From positions 244,408 through 308,407 of the forward strand of contig NW_008246100.1 in NCBI RefSeq assembly GCF_000281045.1: 64,000 bases of DNA. Reading direction: 5' to 3'. This document shows positions 56,706 through 64,000 of the stretch, piece after piece (position 1 is the stretch's first letter; each line of letters starts with the position of its first letter). This DNA comes from Saprolegnia diclina VS20. Lineage: Eukaryota. Made by a program: the position numbers and the translations under genes. The notes under the pieces were generated by a model. It was not told where the DNA came from. It did no database searches and saw only the letters and a program-made list of their open reading frames with translations.

Positions 56706-59170
56706 ATGAGCAGCGAAGAAGAAGGCGAGATCATCGAAGAGACGCCGCCGGTCATGAAGAAGGCGCCCATCGAAGCGGCGATTGCAGCGCCTCCTGCAGA
56801 GGCGCCTCTTGTGGTCGCCGTTCAAGTCGCTCCTGACGCGCCTGCAAAAGCTGTGGCCGTGACCGCGCAGACGCCACCCACCGATCGTTCGCTCGACACG
56901 CGGAAGCGTCAGCAGCCCGCGGAGCCGCGCCCACCACGCTCGCCTGAGAACAAGCGTCGCCGTACTGAGCCCGCTCGGCCTGCGCCGCCCAAAGACCAAC
57001 CGCCGATGAAGAAGCACGACTCGTTCTCAGCCGCGGAGAAGCAGAAGGAGCTCTCGCGCGTCCTTCGCGAGCCGTACCAAGCGCGCAGCAGTCGCGTGCT
57101 CCTCAACTTCAACCTCTGGCTCGCCGAAGCGCGGTTGGCGCAGGTGTACGCGCGGCTCGCGATCGACGACGTCCAGACGATCGTGACCAGTACGCTCAAG
57201 GGCGACGGTAACGGAAGCCCATTCCTCGAGTCGTACGACGGTGTTGCGAGCCCAAGTAAAGTGTGCATCGTGCTGGCGAAGGGCGTGCACCCCGACATGC
57301 TCGGCCGGGCGGTCACGAGTCCGGACGTGGCCTTGCCCTTCTTCGAGTCGTGCTCGACGGTGCCTTGCGGTCTCGCGTCGGCAACGGCGCTCAAGGCGTC
57401 GCAAAAGCCCAAGGAAGTCGCGCTCTCCGAGTCGCTTTTTCGATTTCCTCTCAGAACCACCGACCTCGAGTACCATCTCTCCGTCTCTACCTCCATATTC
57501 ACAGCGCATGTTGCCCTAGTCTGCTTTCACCGGACGAGCTCTTTGCTGGCTACGAGGTCACGCTCTTAGCGCAGTACACGTCAGAGTCGCGCGGCTGGAC
57601 CGACGAGGTCGTGTTGCAGCCGTCCGGCGCCTTCTTCCGCAAGACGACGCAGCAGTCGGGCGAGTGGAAGCTCGACGGCGACCTCCTGCACTTGCACTGG
57701 ACGTTTGCAAGAGCCGACGACGACGCGTCCAAGCCGCAGGTCGTGACGGCCATCGACGTGCTCCTGGCCGAAGACGACCGCTTGCGCGTCTTCCGCACCA
57801 ACGATATGCTCGACAAGCAGTACGGCCTCGCATCCCTCGACCCAGAGAGACCTCTCGTGAAGCGGGCGCTCAAGGTCACGGTGCTTCGCGCGGCCAAAGT
57901 CAACGCAGCGCTGACAACACCATCGTTGCCGTCGCTTTGGACCCACGAGCCAACGCTCGACGACTTTATCCTGACGCCGGACGAGATGATCGCGTACGGA
58001 TACCCGATGGACGCGACAGTCGAGCAGCAGTTGCTCATGAAGGCGACCAAGAACAGCTCGATGGACGTGTACAAAGCCACCATGCGCAAGGACGAGACGC
58101 AGGACGACGCCGACGAAGAGAGGCTGTTTGCCCTCGACTGCGAAATGTGCGAGACGGACCTCGGCTCGGAGCTCACGCGCGTGACGGTCGTCAACGCACA
58201 GGGCGAGACCGTCTACGACACGCTTGTGAAACCTCGGAGCACGATTCTCAACTACCACACCGAGTTCAGCGGCATTACCGCCGAGTCGCTCGCCGACGTC
58301 AAGACTACGTTGGACGACGTCCAAGCCCACTTGCTCTCGCTCGTCTCGGCCTCGACGCTGCTCGTTGGCCACTCGCTCGACAGCGACCTCAAGGCGCTTC
58401 GGCTCGTGCACCGTCGCGTCGCTGACACGGCCATCTTGTTTCCGCACCAGCGCGGGTTCCCGTTCAAGCCGTCGCTCAAGGCGCTCGCGAGCACATTTTT
58501 GAACGAGACGATCCAGGACATGGAGGGCGGCCACGACTCGGCGCAAGACGCGATCGCCGCGCTCCGGCTCTTCCAGCTCAAGCGGCGCGACGGGCTCTGC
58601 CTTGGCCTGCCGACGCCGCCACTCTGCAGCCGCGCCTACACGACGCTGCTAGACGAGCTGCCGCAAGCGACCAAGCACTTTGGACGCGTGGGCGCCAGCG
58701 CCCTGCCCAAGCCATGGGCACTCTACTCGAGCGGCGACCTCAACGACTTGCTGACGAGCGCCGTCACGAATGCTCCGCCCACCGATGTCGGTACCTACGA
58801 CGCGCTGACGCTGACGCCCGACGCGTGCACCAAGGACTTGCTGTGGTATGAAGTCGACGTCGCACCGAGCCGCGATCCCAAGCTGTACATGGACACGGTG
58901 CAGCTCTGGAAGCGCGCGCAGGTGGCGGCCATCTCGGAGCTGGACGCGTCGCTGGCAACGCTCGCGTCCGAGCTCCCGCCCGAGACGCTGCTGCTCGTCT
59001 TGCCGCAGGCCGACCTCTCAATCTACCGCTACATGAAGGCGATCCGGATGAAGTCGCGCTGGAACGAGTGGGAGAGTGGCTGGACGGACGCCGACCAGTA
59101 CTACCTCCAGTACGCGTACTCGGGTCTGCTCGACTCGGCTCTCTTTCTGAAGCGCACCAGTGGCTTGTAG
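56706..59170 (+). CDS. DEDDh RNA exonuclease, REX1/REXO1/REXO5 family; intron about 57470-57519; start 56706 or 56688
   Basis: LFALDCEMC, ELTRVTVV, LVGHSLDSDLKAL, GHDSAQDA. Confidence 0.88.
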
Positions 59171-59222
59171 CAATGGAGATAAGACGATATTATTGGCAAT
59201 GGCAGTACATTGTGTCCCATGA

Positions 59223-59293
59223 CTAGTCGGACTCGTCTTCGTCGACGAACGTTCGGCGTTTCTTGGCGCTTGACGAGCGCATCATCTCTTCTT

Positions 59294-59324
<31 letters not shown>

Positions 59325-60564
59325 CGGCTCGCTCTCGTCCGACTCTTGCCGACTGCGCTGCTTCATGCGGTACTCGTCGAGGCCGCCGGGGCGCGGGGCC
59401 GCCGGCCGCTTGCTCAGCGGCTTCTCCGGCTTCTTGGCCGCGCCACGACCGCCATATTGCTGCTTGATTGCAGACAAGTTGTCGTCGTCGTACTCGACAC
59501 CGTCATAGCCCTACACCCGCAGGATGCATCCGTCGAGTAGGATTGCCGGTAGTACCTCTTCGAGGAAGCCGGCGTCCATGCGGCTCGAGCGGTCGCGGTC
59601 GTACTCGTACCCATCGCGATGCTTCTTGCGGTTCTGGAGACGCATCTTCTCCTGGCGCGCGTTCGCCCGCTGCTCCTTGTCGAGCGTGCCATCGACTTCG
59701 GAAATGTATTCTTGAATACGGACAACCGCCTTGTTGTGACGCGCCCGCATCGACATTTTGAGGCTCTGGTGGGACGAGGACGTGGTCGCGATCGGGCGGA
59801 TCGTGAGCTTCTTCGAGACGCAGCCGTGGCACTCGAGGACGGTCTCGTCCGTGGACTGCTCGTTCGCAAAGACGAACGAGTTGGCGACCTTTTGCTGCGT
59901 GAGCGTGAGCGCTTCGTCGCCGACAAACATCGTGAACGTCCCGTCCTCCCACTTGACGATGCGCGTGTTGGACGTGCGCTGGGGCCGCCCCGTCGCCGGA
60001 TCCACCTAGGATGCTACATCGGTCGCCGTCGATGTGGGCATGGGACGTACAAGGACGTTGCCGTCGGCGTCGGTCGCGTACCGCCATCGCACATAGTTGC
60101 GGTAGAGGCCTTCGTCGCCAGTCTCTTCCTTCTCCTTCTGAATGCTAGCCTGTGTATACGCCTCGGGCACGAAGCGCAGAATGTTGGGCGGACGCGTGAA
60201 GAAGTAGTCCGTGTTCTTGGGCGCTTTGGGCGCCTTTGGGATCTGCAGTTCGTCGTGGTGGGCATCGGGCACCTCGCGTGGCATGGCCCGCGTCGGCGCA
60301 ACGTCGCGATCCTCATCCCGGATCGGCGACTCCTTGATACCGCTACATGTGCGTGAGCCTCGTGGCAAGATGACGAGAGGCAGCCTACGAGGCCTTGAAC
60401 TCTTCCTCGCCCGAGTCGTAGTCCGAGCCAAAGAGGTCCGCCATGTCTTCGTTGTCGGAGCCAGCATTCGTCGTCGTCGCCGTCTTGGCCGGCGCCTTCT
60501 TCGGGCTACCGCCGTCCGAGGACCCGCTGTCGCTAAAGAGGTTCGCGTCCTTGGCCTCCGACAT
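59223..60564 (-). CDS. LEO1: Paf1 complex subunit Leo1, multi-exon
   Basis: Acidic DLFGSD N-terminus, PNILRFVPEAY, NYVRWR, SNTRIVKWEDGTFTMFVGDE; acidic/basic tail. Confidence 0.9.
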
Positions 60565-60728
60565 CCCGCGCTTGGTTTGCTCGCCGCAGAAATTACTGGC
60601 CTGCCATCCGGAAAGCCGTATCCGGAAAAATACGGTGCAGTATTTGCGCTGGATTGACAGACAACCTTGCCACAATTCCAGCGCTGGATTTCGCTAGAAA
60701 CGCAGTCTGTTACTAGACGACTGGGTCA

Positions 60729-62434
60729 CTAGGCTCGACGCGCCTTGTGGCGGTCGACGTACGCCTCGAGGCTGCGCTGAAGGCCATACCACGGCAGCCA
60801 CGCCCAGCTCGTGAGCGCGATCCAGTAGAGTCGCCAGTCGACGATCAAAGCGGCGGTAGCCTTCCAGAGCGGGTACGGTGGAGCGCGCCAGAGACTGGCG
60901 GGGGACGGGACCATCCAGAGCCGGGCGAGTCCAGCCTTTGAGTGCGCAAGGAGCCACTCGGTCCAGTGCATGGTCGGTGGCTTGCACTCGTGCCGGAGGT
61001 GCACCGAGAGCTCGTGGAAGAGCGACCGCTGCTTCCAAGGCGATCCGCTTGCGAAGAAGCCGTCGCGCGGACTCCGCGGGCTCACGGGGGACCGCTGCAA
61101 GTACTCTTCGTATTTTTGCATCAAGCCCTCGGACACGTTGCGCTCGTGCGCGAGGCGTTCGGCCATGATGTGTCGCTCGTTCGTCAGCGTGAGTATCTAC
61201 AGGACAGTATATCCATCGTAGACAGTGCGTCGATACGCGTACTTGGTCGGTCGTCAACACCACGCGCTCCCGCAGCGCTGAGTTCTCTTCGGTCTACGGT
61301 GCATGTGAGATGCCACGACGACGAGCGAGCCATGAGCGGTAGTACGAGGCTCAGGACGGCGTCCGCCTGCAGCGCGTGGCGGTGCTCCAAGCTCGCAATT
61401 TTGTCGCGCAAAGCGCGCGCGTTGTTGGCTTCGGCCGTCAAGTGCGAAAGCTGCTGGCTTCTCGCATCGTGCACCTTGGCCGCCTGTCCAGCAGGGTATA
61501 ATGTGAAGGGATGGTGAAGATTATGGTTTACGAGCTGGGCAGCTTCTCGCGCCGACTTGAGGTCGTGCAATGCTCGTTGCGCGGTGCTCGACACAGTAGC
61601 GTGGTCGCTCTGCAACGCCTCGTGCTAGCGCAAAGGATGAGCTTGCGGCAGAGGGCGTCGTACGGCGTACCGTCGCTTGCAGCTCTCGGTACTGCTGCTG
61701 CAGCTTTTGGTAGCGCTGCTGCAGTCGACAGAGATCGTCAATGTTTGTCTTGGCTTTGCATCTGCACAGTATGATAAGTACTATCGACCCGGGCACGATG
61801 CTAAGTTACTTGAGGTCGGCGTTCTCGATGCGAAGGTGGTCAAGCTCGGCGTCCGCGTGCAGGCGCGCCGACCGCAGTGCGTTGTAGTCGTGCTGCAGTG
61901 TTGCCAGGTCGCGCTCCAGCACCTGCATGGACGTCGATCCAGAATACAGGCGAGCGCGGGCGTACCTGCAGCCGCGCCGTGTCGTCGCTGTGCTGCTTGG
62001 TCATCTGCATATATGGTGTCAATACATACATGGCTGAATGCGCGTAGCGTACGGTGGCGAGCTTGGACTCCCATTCGTAGTCGAGCTTTTGGTTTTGAAG
62101 CAGGAGCGATTGGCCAATGCGCGCTGCGAGCTGCGTCTCCTCTTGGGCTTCCTCGAGCGCCTTGGATTGGCGCTGGAGCTCCGTCTCGAGAATTTCCACC
62201 TGGCGCATGCTAGCGTGAACCAGAATGGACTAGCGGTGCCATGGACTACCTTTTGGTCGGTCGAGATCTTGGCGAGCTCGAGCCGCCCGCCGACGCCGAT
62301 GGACTTGACCCGCCGATGGCTTCGCTTGGCCTACGTGCGCCTGAGCGAAGCATGGTGCGACGCCGTCGTACCGCTGTCGTTGGGTGCACGAGCGCGCTCA
62401 CTTCGTCCCGGTCCTCGTCGCTGGTGCTGTCCAT
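60729..62434 (-). CDS. Coiled-coil protein with HAP1/TRAK/BICD-type CC1 box, multi-exon
   Basis: EETQLAARIGQSLLLQNQKL followed by long heptad exons; Trp-rich hydrophobic C-terminal region. Confidence 0.65.
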
Positions 62435-63229
62435 GCGAGCGGCTGTTGCGATCTTTATCAGTCCCTTCGATAGTCGAAGGCAAAAACGAAGATACAAAAA
62501 GCGAAGATCGAAGCTAGAAGTATCCACGTGGCATGGCCATGATGCACTCCACCACCAGTGCAGCCAATCATGCACGCGGACCGTCACGGACCAATCAGAG
62601 GCCGCTTCAGAAGGTGTTGAGCTTGAGCTCGTCCGCGCATTGGGACGCCAACGAGGATACCATCCCAGCAATTGGGCTTAGCGCAGGAGCGAGAGCCGTA
62701 GGCTCATACAAGTGCATCCCGGGCGCTTGTTCCCACATCGCTCACGCGTGGCGGTGCGTCCGCGTCGCAGAGACTCATGCGACGCGCGCATGACGCACCT
62801 CCAAGTGGATGAGCCCTTGATGATGACCCAGAGAGCCTGCAGCACACAGATTCGGTATGCTAACGAACATGTCGGCCACGCGTACGTTGTCTGCGCGATC
62901 GCAGTCAAACAGAGGAATACAGAGAGATGCGCAAAACGAGCCGACGATAAGCGCCATGACATCGTAACGTCGCTACGGCGTGGGTATGAGAGTCTCCTGG
63001 ACTCTCTTTCCGCGCCTTTGTGGAGAGCTCTCACGCGTCGTACATTGGCTGCTCGAGCATCCACACTGAGTTTGAACTGCCTCGTGGCGAGGAGGCGACA
63101 ACTCCATACACTGTATTCCACGTGCAACCAACTTTTGTCGACCACGGTCTATGCCCCTAGACGCTGCTTGTTTGTGCAGCGCGTCCTACTGTGCAGCGGA
63201 GTCGTCGGATCGAGAGACCCGTCGATGTC

Positions 63230-63279
63230 CAAGCTGCCGCCTCACGACGACAAGCTGCCGCCTCACGACGACAAGCTGC
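63230..63279. repeat. 21-bp tandem repeat, 2.4 copies (CAAGCTGCCGCCTCACGACGA)
   Basis: Exact direct repeat in the intergenic region upstream of Ras. Confidence 0.9.
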
Positions 63280-63498
63280 AATGGCATCTCCATTTAGCAC
63301 CATATATGAAACCGTCCTCATCTTCCCGTTCTGCGACGATGAGACCGCGTAGACGCGATGTTCAAGGTTATAAGAACGTAGAGGTTTACGCACCCGCTCC
63401 ATCTGGTGTGCACTGGCATTGGTGCCGGTCTGATCGTTGACGTATGGATTGTGAGAGGTTTCTGGACTGACTGAGTCGTTCGCTCACAAGAAGAAGAG

Positions 63499-64000
63499 AT
63501 GCAGTCGGCCGACTCGCGCGAATACAAGCTCGTGGTGCTCGGCAGCGGCGGCGTCGGCAAGTCCGCGCTCGTCATCCGCCTCGTCACCGACAACTTCCTC
63601 GAGGACTACGACCCGACGATCGGTACGGGAAGATGCAACGACGCTGGAAGGTTGACCGTTTGTATGTAGAGGACAGCTACCGCAAGCAGGTCGTGATCGA
63701 CCAAAAGCAGGCGCTTCTCGACATCCTCGACACGGCCGGCCAGGAAGAGTACACGACGATGCAGGACCAGTGGATGCGCGAAGGCAAGGGCTTCCTCCTC
63801 GTGTACAGCATCACGAGCCGGACGACGTTTGACGAGATCAAGACGTTCAAGGACAAGATCCTGCGCGCCAAGGACACGAACCGCGTCTCGATGGTGCTCG
63901 TCGGCAACAAGTGCGATCTCGAGCGCAACCGCGACGTGAGCTTCGCCGAAGGCCAAGCGCTCGCGCGCGAGTGGGGCTGCCCCTTCATGGAGACGTCGGC
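63499..64000 (+). CDS. RAS: Ras-family small GTPase, truncated by window end; intron 63623-63669
   Basis: [50 protein letters not shown]. Confidence 0.93.

Noticed and set aside
63230..63279. 21-bp repeat as a CRISPR-like array
   Set aside because: No spacers, only 2.4 copies, eukaryotic context; a simple tandem duplication.

Overview
Gene-dense, GC-rich eukaryotic DNA with short (about 45-70 nt) GT-AG introns. Codon usage, intron size and gene content suggest an oomycete, probably Saprolegniales (inference). The first 10 kb is an accessory block: four paralogues plus a decayed fragment of an unrecognised secreted/GPI-anchor-type protein family (one copy has a single in-frame TAG), a 619-bp PIF/Harbinger-type MITE, and an apparent haplotype bubble between two 100-N gaps. 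The rest is mostly housekeeping genes: VPS36, ricin-B lectin, multidomain monothiol glutaredoxin, VPS50, atypical Hsp70, TTI1, PH-domain protein, CISD, ALG9, AKTIP, DDX55, FN3/IQ/WW protein, SHAQKY-class Myb, TTC33, RIO2, ankyrin-CaaX protein, DAW1-like, Rab8, GNPTAB-like, REX1-type exonuclease, LEO1, a CC1-box coiled-coil protein and a truncated Ras. The most notable hidden feature is a three-exon minus-strand membrane-protein gene (30639->29880) that the ORF track splits. It has an in-frame UGA in a G-C-U-S-W-P context and a canonical SECIS hairpin in its 3' UTR (29743-29821), so it is a selenoprotein resembling the protist MSP family. Its terminal UGA may encode a second Sec in a C-terminal CxxU motif. 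All family assignments come from motif recognition by eye, with no database search.
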